This document shows positions 40,758 through 52,860 of a stretch of 64,000 bases of DNA, in pieces. The DNA comes from Eledone cirrhosa (Eukaryota), in the NCBI GenBank assembly GCA_964016885.1, contig OZ024741.1, forward strand, positions 409,262,001 to 409,326,000, in the 5' to 3' direction. The notes below the pieces were generated by a model. The model was not told the DNA's origin and did no database searches. It worked only from the letters and a program-made list of their open reading frames with translations. Position 1 is the first letter of the stretch. Every line of letters begins with the position of its first letter. The translations under genes were made by a program, and so were the position numbers.

Positions 40758-43700
40758 AGGCCCCACAGGACACCTATAAAACTTTTAAAAACAATTTTAA
40801 AGAGGACGTGGGTCCCCCCTGCGTCGGGCCCATTAACCGCGTCCTCCTAAAAAACTATCCCACCCCCTCCCCAAACACCCACACAACTCCAAGCTCCCCA
40901 ACCACACAACACACTGATGCCCCCACACTTCCACAAACCACCACCCCACCCAACAACCCATCCCCCACCCTAATGGAAATTGTGCAGCCCGATACCCGGG
41001 ACGCAGAGAGGTAAGTGCCTTTTCTCTTCACCACCAACATGGCTATGCTAAGAGTAGGCTGTTTAAATGCGCGTGGCCTGGGCTCAACTTGGAAGCAAGC
41101 AATGCTTCTAAATGACCTCAGGTCACAACGTATAGATGTGATGGTTATTTGCGAGGCCCGGATCAGCAACGTGCGACAGCTGGCCTCCACCTTTGATGAC
41201 TTTGAGATGCACGCATCTCTCTGTCAGCCCGGAGGTGGGGGTGGAGTTGTCGTTCTGCTGCAAAAACATCTGGGTCTCGCAACACAGATGGTACATTTGG
41301 ACCCGGAGGGTCGACTAGTGGTTCTGGACCTTGGCAGTGGTAAAGGCGGAGCGTTTAGGTTGGTAGCCGCCTACGGCCCTTTCGGGTCAATGCGGCCTGA
41401 CTTCTTCCATCGTCTGGAGACTTTTCTAGGGACGTCCCGCTCCTTGCTATTAGTGGGGGACTGGAATGGTATCCTAGATGCACGCTGGGACTACGTAGGG
41501 GCCTGCCCCGATAGAGAGGGGTGTAATAGCCTCAAAGGGTTAATCGGTCGATTTGACCTGGCCGATAGATATCGACTAGATTTTCCGACTGCGCCAACCT
41601 GGACTTGGGCAAATCGTAGCGGATCATCTAGGTCGTACCTAGATAGGTTCTTAGTTAGAATTAAGGATAAGGACTTTTTAAGTTGTCCAAAAATGCGCAT
41701 GGTTGGCTATTCAGACCACAAATTAGTGACCTGCATGGTCAACCTTGACAGAACTCATAGACAGGGCCCCGGTTACTGGAAGCTCAACTTGTCCTTGCCG
41801 GCAAGTAGAGCCTACAGGAATCGGATTAGTACGTTAGTTAAGGAACGGTTGACTGGAGCGATCGTCAACAGCAGGTGGTGGGTATCTCTAAAGAGAGAGA
41901 TTAGAGTAGTCTCGATAGAACTTAGTAAGGTTCTAGCTGCGGATAGGAATAGGAAGGAAAGGGAGCTAATAGATAGAGTAGAAGAGGCAATTAGAAGCGG
42001 CGACGTGGCCAGAGTGCTAGCGTCGAGAACGGCTTTGAGCCAGTTTTTCGACGCGAAGCACGAAGGCTGCTTTGTCCGAAGAAAAATACGTGCTCTAGGG
42101 AACGAGGGGACCAAAGCTGTTAGCTGGGCCCGCGTGACAGAGGCCAACAGTGGAACTAAATCCACCATCCGGTCTTTGCGAGACCTGGATGGACGGGCGA
42201 TTCTTGAGCCTAAGCAGATGTGTGAGGCCTTTCAAAGGCACTTTGCCCGACTGTTCGGGAGGGGCGGGGAGCCGGTTGGGAACGTGGACTTCGGTCCATA
42301 CCTCGACGGCCTGCCGCGCCTCTCGGACAGGGGGGCGAAGTCCTGCGAGGAGCCGATTTCGGCCGCTGAGATAGAGGACGTGCTGAGCCAATGCGGCAAA
42401 CGCAAATCCCCGGGTCTCGATGGTCTTCCTTACGAATTATATCTAGCTATGCCGGACTTGTTCCCCGATCTCCTCGAGGCGGTCTACTGCAACTGGCAAC
42501 AGAACGGGAGAATTCCCTGTACTGTGACCAAGGGCGTAGTCACGCTAGTGAGGAAGGACGAGAACAAGGAGGACGAAATAAGTAACTTCAGGCCCATAAC
42601 TCTGCTAAATACAGAGTTACAGATTTTGGCCACGGTGCTAGCAAAGAGGTTGGCGCTTGTCGTGGGCAACCTGGTGGGAGATGCGCAGACATGCGCTATC
42701 CCGTCCAGGTCCATCCATGACAACCTCCACCTCATGCGATACATCATAGAGAGGGTTGGGAACGAACCCGGCTTTGGTGGGGCTCTGATCAACTTGGATC
42801 AATCTAAGGCGTTCGATAGGGTCGACCATGGTTACCTGGATGCGGTGCTAGCGGCGGCAGGCTTCGGACCCGTTTTCAGGGGCTGGATCACTGCTATGCA
42901 CAGCAGCCGCATCTGCTCTAGGGTCAAGGTGAACGGCTACCTCTCGGAGCCGTTCAAAATCGCGCGGTCCATCCGACAAGGGTGCCCTCTCTCCTCCCTT
43001 CTGTATGTGTTGACTCTCGAGCCACTACTGCGGAAGTTGGAGTTGTTGCAGGGCATCCCTTTGGAACCGGGATTGCGGAAAGCGGTGTCGGCCTACGCCG
43101 ATGACGTGACAGTAATGGTGTCGACGGCCTCCGAAATCGAGGCGGTCGGCACCTTACTGGAGGAGTACGAAAAGTTCACAGGGGCTAAGCTGAACCGGGA
43201 CAAGTCGATCGGTTTGCAACTCGGCACGTGGAGGGGCAGACCGATGCCCTCCGATGGCGTCGTCGGACGCTGGACGGAGGGCCCGGTGAAGTTGCTCGGG
43301 GTCTGGTTCGGACCGGACCTCCAGGTGGAGAAAAACTGGGCGGAGGTTACGAACAGGGTGTTTGCACTGACCCAGAAGTGGGCCAGTTGCAAACTATCCC
43401 TGAAAGGTCGGGCGGAGGTGGCGAACACCTACATAGCGTCCGTCATCTACTACCTCCTGACCGTAGTGCCCTGCCCAAGGGAAACCTTCACCAAGATGGA
43501 GCGCGCGCTCTTCCAATTCCTTTGGAAGAGGCGGGCTCCTATGGTGAGGAGATCCATCTGCTGTCAACACCCTTCGAAAGGAGGGCTGGGGATGCCGTGG
43601 CTAATGATGCGTAAACACGCATTAAGGCTACGGCACCTCTACGTATTCCTCACCGGACAACCGGTGTGGGCCTCGTTTGTGAGACGAACCTTTCCCAGAC

Positions 43701-44737
43701 TCGTCTCACTCACCGAGCTGCAATCCTGGGTCAAGCAAAGACCGAGAAAACTGGGCGCCTGGCACACTGAGTGTGCCCAGGCGCTCACCGCCCTCTGGCA
43801 GGCGGATCCGGTTATCAGTGGAGACTCCACCGCAACATTCTATAGAGGGCTGGTACGCAGCAGGTGCGACGACGCCCTCGGAGAAGCCCTAGACATGGAG
43901 GAGGACGAACTGGCCAGCCTGTTCGGTAGGACATTCAGCCCGGGACCTATGGACAACTTCCAGAAGTCCCTGGCCTGGCAGTGCTACCGAGGGGCTTTAC
44001 CCGTTCGAGAAAGGCTCTACAGACACGGGCGCCCGGGTAGGGACCCCGCCAAAAAGATCTGTCCCAGATGCGTGTGCGACGAGGAAACCGTTGCACACGC
44101 ATTGGTACACTGCTCGGGCGTAGCCGATCTGTGGGGCTATGTCGAACAACTGCTGTCAAGGGTGGGACCGATCCGGTTGACCACCGAGTCTATTGTAATG
44201 ATCAAGCCGCCTCCCCCCTTCAAAGATGAAGCAGAGGCGGTGTTTCTGTGCGTAATAGCCATGGCGAAAGAGGTTGTATGGTGGACGCGTCTGAAAGGAC
44301 TGAGGTCAGGCACCTTTCTCTCTGGCCAACAACTGGTCCGTTTCTTCCGTTATCATTTCGGAAGAAGGATCAGGATGGAGAGAGAGGTGCTGCACCCCAG
44401 CCGTTTCTATGAAAGATGGGTGAAAGTGGCGAGAATGGCCCGTGTGAATGGGCCTTCACTCTACATCAGACTATAGGTGAGGAAGATGAAAGACCAAGGG
44501 AGCACCCCTTCTCTGTGCTCCTGAGGAGAAGGGCTGCTCACTTTTTTCGGGGGTGTGTGCGACCCCCCAAGGCGCCTCCTCTCTATTGAGGATTTTGTTA
44601 TAAATTTTATTTTTTGTTATATCTTATTTTATTTTTATATTTTGTTATTGCCTCCTCCTTATTGAGGACGCCTTTTTGTGTAAACTCCCCCCTTTGTACT
44701 TGTCCCACTTTTGATGCCCTAGTGGCAAATAAAAGAA
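40758..44737 (+). mobile_element. Tx1-clade (L1 superfamily) non-LTR retrotransposon, 5'-truncated within ORF1
   Basis: ORF1 tail open 40760-41014; full ORF2; 3' UTR ends TGCCCTAGTGGCA-AATAAAAGAAA; flanked by AC(C/A)TATCTACCTTA duplication at 40744-40757 and 44738-44751. Confidence 0.92.
41039..44476 (+). CDS. Tx1-type ORF2 protein: APE endonuclease + reverse transcriptase + C-terminal CCHC zinc finger (about 1145 aa from the first ATG)
   Basis: LNARGL, GDWN, SYLDRF, SDH, GPGYWKLN, KSPGLDGLP, FRPITLLN, DQSKAFDRVDH, RQGCPLS, AYADD, KGGLG, CPRC..ETVAHALVHC; no stops. Confidence 0.95.
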   Translation: MAMLRVGCLNARGLGSTWKQAMLLNDLRSQRIDVMVICEARISNVRQLASTFDDFEMHASLCQPGGGGGVVVLLQKHLGLATQMVHLDPEGRLVVLDLGSGKGGAFRLVAAYGPFGSMRPDFFHRLETFLGTSRSLLLVGDWNGILDARWDYVGACPDREGCNSLKGLIGRFDLADRYRLDFPTAPTWTWANRSGSSRSYLDRFLVRIKDKDFLSCPKMRMVGYSDHKLVTCMVNLDRTHRQGPGYWKLNLSLPASRAYRNRISTLVKERLTGAIVNSRWWVSLKREIRVVSIELSKVLAADRNRKERELIDRVEEAIRSGDVARVLASRTALSQFFDAKHEGCFVRRKIRALGNEGTKAVSWARVTEANSGTKSTIRSLRDLDGRAILEPKQMCEAFQRHFARLFGRGGEPVGNVDFGPYLDGLPRLSDRGAKSCEEPISAAEIEDVLSQCGKRKSPGLDGLPYELYLAMPDLFPDLLEAVYCNWQQNGRIPCTVTKGVVTLVRKDENKEDEISNFRPITLLNTELQILATVLAKRLALVVGNLVGDAQTCAIPSRSIHDNLHLMRYIIERVGNEPGFGGALINLDQSKAFDRVDHGYLDAVLAAAGFGPVFRGWITAMHSSRICSRVKVNGYLSEPFKIARSIRQGCPLSSLLYVLTLEPLLRKLELLQGIPLEPGLRKAVSAYADDVTVMVSTASEIEAVGTLLEEYEKFTGAKLNRDKSIGLQLGTWRGRPMPSDGVVGRWTEGPVKLLGVWFGPDLQVEKNWAEVTNRVFALTQKWASCKLSLKGRAEVANTYIASVIYYLLTVVPCPRETFTKMERALFQFLWKRRAPMVRRSICCQHPSKGGLGMPWLMMRKHALRLRHLYVFLTGQPVWASFVRRTFPRLVSLTELQSWVKQRPRKLGAWHTECAQALTALWQADPVISGDSTATFYRGLVRSRCDDALGEALDMEEDELASLFGRTFSPGPMDNFQKSLAWQCYRGALPVRERLYRHGRPGRDPAKKICPRCVCDEETVAHALVHCSGVADLWGYVEQLLSRVGPIRLTTESIVMIKPPPPFKDEAEAVFLCVIAMAKEVVWWTRLKGLRSGTFLSGQQLVRFFRYHFGRRIRMEREVLHPSRFYERWVKVARMARVNGPSLYIRL

Positions 44738-47700
44738 ACATATCTACCTTAGGAGACACAGAGCTAGCTACATATCTACCTTAGGAGACACAGTGCTAGC
44801 TACATATCTACCTTAGGAGACACAGTGCTAGCTACATACATCATACCTACCTTAGGAGACACAGAGCTAGCCACATATCTACCTTAGGAGACACAGAGCT
44901 AGCTACCTATCTACCTTAGGAGACACAGAGCTAGCTACATATCTACCTTAGGAGACACAGGGCTAGCTACATATCTACCTTAGGAGACACAGGGCTAGCT
45001 ACATACATCATACCTACCTTAGGAGACACAGAGCTAGCTACCTATCTACCTAGGAGACACAGTGCTAGCTACATACCTACCTTAGGAGACACAGAGCTAG
45101 CTACATATCTACCTTAGGAGACACAGAGCTAGCTACCTATCTACCTTAGGAGACACAGAGCTAGCCACATACATCATACCTACCTTAGGAGATACAGAGC
45201 TAGCTACATATCTACCTTAGGAGACATAGAGCTAGCTACATACATCATACATACCTTAGGAGACACAGAGCTAGCTACCTATCTACCTTAGGAGACAGAG
45301 AGTTAGCTACATACCTACCTTAGGAGACACAGAGCTAGCTACATACATCATACCTACCTTAGGAGACACAGAGCTAGCTACCTATCTACCTTAGGAGACA
45401 CAGAGCTAGCTATATATCTACCTTAGGAGACACAGAGCTAGCTACATACATCATACCTACCTTAGGAGACACAGAGCTAGCTACATACCTACCTTAGGAG
45501 ACACAGAGCTAGCTACATATCTACCTTAGGAGACACAGGGCTAGCTACATATCTACCTTAGGAGACACAGAGCTAGCTATATATCTACCTTAGGAGACAC
45601 AGAGCTAGCTACATACATCATACCTACCTTAGGAGACACAGAGCTAGCTACATACCTACCTTAGGAGACACAGAGCTAGCTACATATCTACCTTAGGAGA
45701 CACAGGGCTAGCTACATATCTACCTTAGGAGACACAGAGCTAGCTATATATCTACCTTAGGAGACACAGAGCTAGCTACATACATCATACCTACCTTAGG
45801 AGACACAGAGCTAGCTACATACCTACCCTAGGAGACACAGAGCTAGCTACATATCTACCTTAGGAGACACAGAGCTAGCTACATATCTACCTTAGGAGAC
45901 ACAGGGCTAGCTAACTATCTACCTTAGAAGACACAGAGCTAGCTACATATCTACCTTAGGAGACACAGAGCTAGCTACATACATCATACCTACCTTAGGA
46001 GACACAGAGCTAGCTACATATCTACCTTAGGAGACACAGAGCTAGCTACATACATCATACCTACCTTAGGAGACACGGAGCTAGCTACATATCTACCTTA
46101 GGAGACACAGAGCTAGCTACATACATCATACCTACCTTAGGAGACACAGAGCTAGCTACATACATCATACCTACCTTAGGAGACACAGAACTAGCTACAT
46201 ATCTACCTCAGGAGACACAGAGCTAGCTACATATCTACCTCAGGAGACACAGAGCTAGCTACCTATCTACCTTAGGAGACACAGAGCTAGCTACCTATCT
46301 ACCTTAGGAGACACAGTGCTAGCTACATATCTACCTTAGGAGACACAGAGCTAGCTACATACACCATATCTACCTTAGGAGACACAGGGCTAGCTACCTA
46401 TCTACCTTAGGAGACACAGGGCTAGCTACCTATCTACCTTAGGAGACACAGGCCTAGCTACCTATCTACCTTAGGAGACACAGGGCTAGCTACCTATCTA
46501 CCTTAGGAGACACAGAGCTAGCTACATATCTACCTTAGGAGACACAGAGCTAGCTACATATCTACCTTAGGAGACACAGAGCTAGCTACATATCTACCTT
46601 AGGAGACACAGAGCTAGCTACATATCTACCTTAGGAGACACAGAGCTAGCTACATATCTACCTTAGGAGACACAGAGCTAGCTACATATCTACCTTAGGA
46701 GACACAGAGCTAGCTACATACATCATACCTACCTTAGGAGACACCGAGCTAGCTACATACATCATACCTACCTTAGGAGACACAGAACTAGCTACATATC
46801 TACCTTAGGAGACACAGAGCTAGCTACATATCTACCTTAGGAGACACAGAGCTAGCTACATATCTACCTTAGGAGACACAGAGCTAGCTACATATCTACC
46901 TTAGGAGACACAGAGCTAGCTACATACATCATACCTACGTTAGGAGACACATAACTAGCTACATATCTACCTTAGGAGACACAGAGCTAGCTTCATATCT
47001 ACCTTAGGAGACACAGAGCTAGCTTCATATCTACCTTAGGAGACACAGAGCTAGCTACCTACCTACTTTAGGAGACACAGAGCTAGCTACATACATCATA
47101 CCTACCTTAGGAGATACAGAGCTAGCTACATATCTACCTTAGGAGACATAGAGCTAGCTACATACATCATACCTACCTTAGGAGACACAGAACTAGCTAC
47201 ATATCTACCTTAGGAGACACAGAGCTAGCTACATATCTACCTTAGGAGACACAGAGCTAGCTACATATCTACCTTAGGAGACACAGAGCTAGCTACATAC
47301 ATCATACCAACCTTAGGAGACACCGAGCTAGCTACATACATCATACCTACCTTAGGAGACACAGAACTAGCTACATATCTACTTTAGGAGACACAGAGCT
47401 AGCTACATATCTACCTTAGGAGACACAGAGCTAGCTACATATCTACCTTAGGAGACACAGAGCTAGCTACATATCCACCTTAGGAGACACAAAGCTAGCT
47501 ACATACATCATACCTACGTTAGGAGACACATAACTAGCTACATATCTACCTTAGGAGACACAGAGCTAGCTTCATATCTACCTTAGGAGACACAGAGCTA
47601 GCTTCATACATCATACCTACCTTAGGAGATACAGAGCTAGCTACATATCTACCTTAGGAGACATAGAGCTCGCTACATACATCATACCTACCTTAGGAGA

Positions 47701-48390
47701 TACAGAGCTAGCTACGTATTTACCTTAGGAGACATAGAGCTAGCTACGTATCTACCTTAGGAGACATAGAGCTAGCTACGTATCTACCTTAGGAGACACA
47801 GAGTTAGCTACCTATCTACCTCAGGAGACACAGAGTTAGCTACCTATCTACCTCAGGAGACACAGAGTTAGCTACCTATCTACCTCAGGAGACACAGAGT
47901 TAGCTACCTATCTACCTTAGGAGACACAGAGTTAGCTACATACCTACCCTAGGAGACACAGAGCTAGCTACATATCCACCTTAGGAGACACAGAGCTAGC
48001 TACATATCCACCTTGGGAGACACAGAGCTAGCTACATATCCACCTTGGGAGACACAGAGCTAGCTACATATCCACCTTGGGAGACACAGAACTCGCTACA
48101 TATCTACCTTGGGAGACACAGAACTCGCTACATATCTACCTTAGGAGACACAGAACTAGCTACATATCTACCTTAGGAGACACAGAACTAGCTACATATC
48201 TACCTTAGGAGACACAGAGCTAGCTTCATATCTACCTTAGGAGACACAGAGCTAGCTACCTACCTACTTTAGGAGACACAGAGCTAGCTATATACCTACC
48301 TTAGGAGGTGGCCTACCTACCCTAGGAGACACAGAGCTATCTATATACACTATACCTACCTTAGGAGATGGCCTAGATACCTACCTACCT
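44738..48390. repeat. 32/39-bp satellite, right part
   Basis: Same monomer resumes immediately after the LINE tail. Confidence 0.98.
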
Positions 48391-48430
48391 TCTTGTCTCC
48401 ATACCTATGTACGTATACACACACACAGAT

Positions 48431-48612
48431 ATATTCAATATTATTAAGGCTAAATAGTGAGTCTTGTTACTCTGGAGATTCACCAGTTTATCACAGGGTC
48501 ACCTGACAAGATGACCCTGTGATAAACAGGGTCACTATTTAATAATATTGAATATTATATCCCTATTTCAGTATTGAGCACTCCTTTCTTTCAGTTGTCA
48601 ACCACAAACGGA
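48431..48612. mobile_element. Fold-back element with asymmetric tail (inverted pLTR-like remnant, degenerate hammerhead)
   Basis: Palindrome 48431-48555 plus ~55-bp tail; homologous to 62298-62508. Confidence 0.65.
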
Positions 48613-48835
48613 TATATATATATCTCCAGAAACAGTTCTATATGAGAAGATACGGTCACCCGACCCAACTTGCCTCAAGTGCGACAAACCCGTCTGACCC
48701 ATGCTAGCGTGGTAGACGTTAAACGATGATATGTATATATCAAAAGAAAAAATCTGAAGTTTCTTATATACACCCTGCCTATGTATCGAGTGCTCATATT
48801 AGTACCACCAGCAGTAATTCACTGAATCACCTATA

Positions 48836-50143
48836 TACGAGGGGGAGGGGGGATCAAAAAGTTCGCGGAATTTTATCGTAGTAAGAAAAAAATAGGTTAA
48901 AACAATATTAAACATGTCAGAACATTGTCACTGGGTGTTTGTTTACCTTGCAGTCAGTTATGCGTGGACTATTGTACAGTACTGACACTCTTTAAAACAC
49001 CTCTTTTGGGAACAATGGAAAATAGTTATTTTGAGATAAGATCGAATATCAAGTTTCTGGTGAAACTCAAATGGAAAGGGACACAGATTATGGAGGCTTT
49101 AGTTAAAGTTTACAGTACTACTGCTCCAAAGAAAACTGCTGTCTACAAATGGATTCAGCGATTCAAACAAGGGAGAGACGACTTGAAGACGACCATCGCA
49201 GTGGAAGACTAGGAACATCAACAAATGACCAAAACGTTGAGGCTGCTCAGACTTTAATTGAAGAAGATCGAAGAATAACAGTTAATCAGTTAGCTAAGTC
49301 CCTAGACATTTCATATGGTTCGGCAAATTCAATTCTGCACGATAATTTGGGACTAAGCAAGCTTTCAGCGCGATGGGTCCCAAAAGCGTTGCGCCCTGAT
49401 CAGCTGATTCTTCGAAGTGATCTGTCTTTGGCGATATTAAACAAAATTGAAGTTGATGAAGAGCATTTCCTGACCAGAATCATCACCGGAGATGAAACCT
49501 GGATCTACCAGTATGATGCTGAATCCAAACAGCAGTCAAAACAGTGGCTTCCACGTGGATCATCGGGGCCAATCAAGTTCAAATCTCAAAAGTCGGATCA
49601 AAAAGTGATGGCCACCATTTTCTGGGATTCAGATGGAGTGATACTAATAGATTATCTTGAAGGTCAAAGAACTGTGACAGGAGCTTACTATGCAAATGTT
49701 TTAAGGAAGCTGAAAGAGGCATTAGTCAAGAAACGAATAGGGAAACTTCATGGTGGGATCTTGTTTCACCATGACAATGCACCAGCGCATTCTGCGCGGG
49801 TTGCAAAAGTTCTTCGAGAATTTCGATGGGAAGTGCTTCCTCACCCGCCTTATAGTCCATATTTAGCCCCATCAGACTTTTTCCTCTTTCCCAAACTCAA
49901 AGAAATGCTAAAAGGAACCCGTTTTAGTGGTGTTGAAGAAGCTAAAAACACTGCCAACACATGGCTTCGAACAAGGCCTTCAACTTTCTTTAGAGATGGC
50001 TTACGAAGCTGGAAGCATCACCTTGTGAAGTGTATTGACCTGGATGGCAACTATATAGAAAAATAAATTGAAGGTAAATCGTATTTTTTGAAAAATAGGA
50101 TATTTTCTGAAAAATTCTGCGAACTTTTTGATCCCCCGTCATA
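48836..50143 (+). mobile_element. Full-length mariner DNA transposon (about 1.3 kb)
   Basis: TIRs GGGGGATCAAAAAGTTCGC(G/A)GAATTTT at both ends, TA flanks, internal transposase. Confidence 0.95.
49015..50066 (+). pseudogene. Mariner DD34D transposase with one frameshift near 49180
   Basis: HTH N-terminus in one frame; ARWVPK, ITGDETW, HHDNAPAH, HPPYSPYLAPSDF in the next. Confidence 0.93.
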
Positions 50144-50304
50144 TATATTATTCCCGGGCTGAGGCTTATACCTAGTTGACAACACCATTCCTTACCATAC
50201 CCCCTCCCATACACCACCCCTTGCAGTAACCATTCCTCCCCTATTACCCACATCCACAATTTCCCTAAGCTTCCTCCCCCTCTCTCCGTAGTTCCAAGAC
50301 AAAG

Positions 50305-52040
50305 GCACCCAGTCCACTCTGTAATGTGGTTATGTATCTGACACAACAAAATGTACCCAGCCCACACTGGAAAGTGGTCATAAAAAGTACCCAGTTCACA
50401 CTGTAAAGTGGTTGTGTAGGTGACACAACAAAATGTACCCAGCCCACACTGTAAAGTGGTTATGTGGGTGTCACAACAAAAAGTACTCAGTACACGCAGT
50501 AAAATGGTCATGTAGGTGACACAAAAAAATGTACCCAGCCCACACTGTAAAGTGGTCATGTAGGTGTCACAACAAAAAGTACCCAGTCCACACTGTAAAG
50601 TGGTCATGTAGGTGTCACAACAAAAAGTACCCAGTCCACACTGTAAAGTGGTCATGTAGGTGTCACAACAAAAAGTACCCAGTCCACACTGTAAAGTGGT
50701 TGTGTAGGTGACACAACAAAATGTACCCAGCCCACACTGTAAAGTGGTCATGTAGGTGCCACAACAAAAAGTACCCAGTACACACTGTAAAGTGGTCATG
50801 TAGGTGACACAACAAAATGTACCCAGCCCACACTGTAAAGTGGTCATGTAGGTGACACAACAAAATGTACCCAGCCCACACTGTAAAGTGGTCATGTAGG
50901 TGTCACAACAAAAAGTACCCAGTACACACTGTAAAGTGGTCATGTAGGTGACACAACAAAATGTACCCAGTCCACACTGTAAAGTGGTCATCTAGGTGTC
51001 ACAACAAAAAGTACCCAGTCCACACTGTAAGGTGGTCATGTAGGTGACACAACAAAAGGTACCCAGTCCACACTGTAAAGTGGTCATCTAGGTGTCACAA
51101 CAAAAAGTACCCAGTCCACACTGTAAAGTGGTTGTGTAGGTGTCACGACAAAAAGTACCCAGTCCACACTGTAAGGTGGTCATGTAGGTGACACAACAAA
51201 AGGTACCCAGTCCACACTGTAAAGTGGTCATCTAGGTGTCACAACAAAAAGTACCCAGTCCACACTGTAAAGTGGTTGTGTAGGTGTCACAACAAAAAGT
51301 ACCCAGTCCACACTGTAAGGTGGTCATGTAGGTGTCACAACAAAAAGTACCTAGCACACCCTGTAAAGTGGTCATCATCATCATCACCGTTATACGTCCG
51401 TTCTTCCATGCTAGCATGGGTTAGACGGGTTGCCCTGTTGTGGGCAGTGTCTGGTCGGCTGACCATGCCTTGCTCATACAGGAACTGATTTTGGCTTGAT
51501 TTCTACAGCTGGATGCCCTTCCTAACACCAACCTCATTTAAAGTGAGTGCTGGGTGCTTTTTCTGTGGTGCCTACACGTCAACTTTACAGTGTGGGCTGG
51601 GTGCTTTTTTGCCGTGGCGCCTCCACGACCACATTGCAGTGGGAGGGTGTGGGCATATTGTCTATATGCTTCAGCTTGTACCCATGGGAGGTCGGGTACT
51701 CTGTATTACTGCGTGACGCCATAGGTCACGGTCGTGTGTCATCGCCTTTGAGAGGTGGTCATAGGTGTCACAACAAAAAGCACCCAGTCCACACTGTAAA
51801 GTGGTCATGTAGATGACACGACAAAAAGCACCCAACACACACTGTAAAGTGGCGTGTCAGCATCATGACAAAAGGCACCCAGTCGACACTGTAAAGTGGT
51901 CATGTAGGGGACATGACAAAAGACACCCAGTCGACACTGTAAAGTGGTCATGTAGGTGATATGACAAACGGCACCCAGCCCACACTGTAAAGTGGTTGTG
52001 TAGGTGACACGACAAAAGGCACCCAGTCCACACTGTAAAG
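50305..52040. repeat. 48-bp minisatellite derived from RTE/SINE 3' UTR, interrupted by an inverted RTE 3'-UTR fragment (51374-51715)
   Basis: Unit ACCCAGTCCACACTGTAAAGTGGTCATGTAGGTGTCACAACAAAAAGT; the same motif occurs 2-3 times in the RTE UTR at 24640-24750; runs into the RTE tail at 52040-52190. Confidence 0.93.
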
Positions 52041-52860
52041 CAGTTGGCATTAGGAAGGGCTTCCGGCTGCAGAAACCAAGCCAAAATCTGCTCTGGGTGA
52101 GCTAAACATGGACCTTTGACCTGTTTCTCTCCCTAAGGGTCAACCTGTCCTACCTATGCTAGCATGGAAGATGGACATTAAATGATAATATATATATACT
52201 ATAGCAAAAGTTTGGTATAAATATCCAAGGGTAAGGGCACCCAACTAATTACATATATATATATATATATATAAAAACATCAGAAGAAAGAAGAATACTG
52301 CGTGGTTGCACATAGGTTACATATGATAAAAATAGTCCTTCGTCAGTGATTTTCCAACCATCATTGGTATTTCACCGCATTAAAAATCAGATACCTCAGG
52401 TTGGTGCGAGCAATAACTGAAAAAAGTTATTGGGACCAGTAAATCGCGTAAAGCGAGGGGGACAAGTGAACAACATAGAAGGATAAAAGCAAACCAAAGA
52501 AAGGAAATAAACAAGCAACATGATAGTCCTGGTCAGCATAAACTGGGTGGGTTTCATGAGCGAAAGGTACAGACGTCCGACGTGAGTGGGATGTAAGCAA
52601 GAAGAGACCCACTGTTAGCCAAACGGGAGGAAGTGAGAAGGGGAGAAACAGAGAGTGAGTGGAAGTGCGAGGAAGCGGTCAGTCGAGAGAAAGTGTAACT
52701 GACAGATGGGGCGAAAGAAGGTGAGAGAAACAGAGAGAACGGGGAAGCAGTAAGAGAGAAACAGACAAACGCAGCCGAGATGAATATATATAAAAAAACA
52801 TGAGAAGAAAGAAGAATACTGCGTGGTTGCACATAGGTTACATATGATAAAAATAGTAGG

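Noticed and set aside
41491-44159. Overlapping and antisense ORFs within Tx1 ORF2
   Set aside because: Expected shadows of a GC-rich coding sequence; no recognisable domains
38999-48390. Resemblance of monomer ATACCTACCTTAGG to the U1 snRNA 5' end, and of TTAGG to a telomeric repeat
   Set aside because: Match is too short with no further U1 structure; TTAGG occurs once per monomer, not in tandem
49990-51417. Cys-rich 16-aa repeat protein (metallothionein- or keratin-associated-like)
   Set aside because: Antisense translation of the 48-bp RTE-UTR-derived minisatellite
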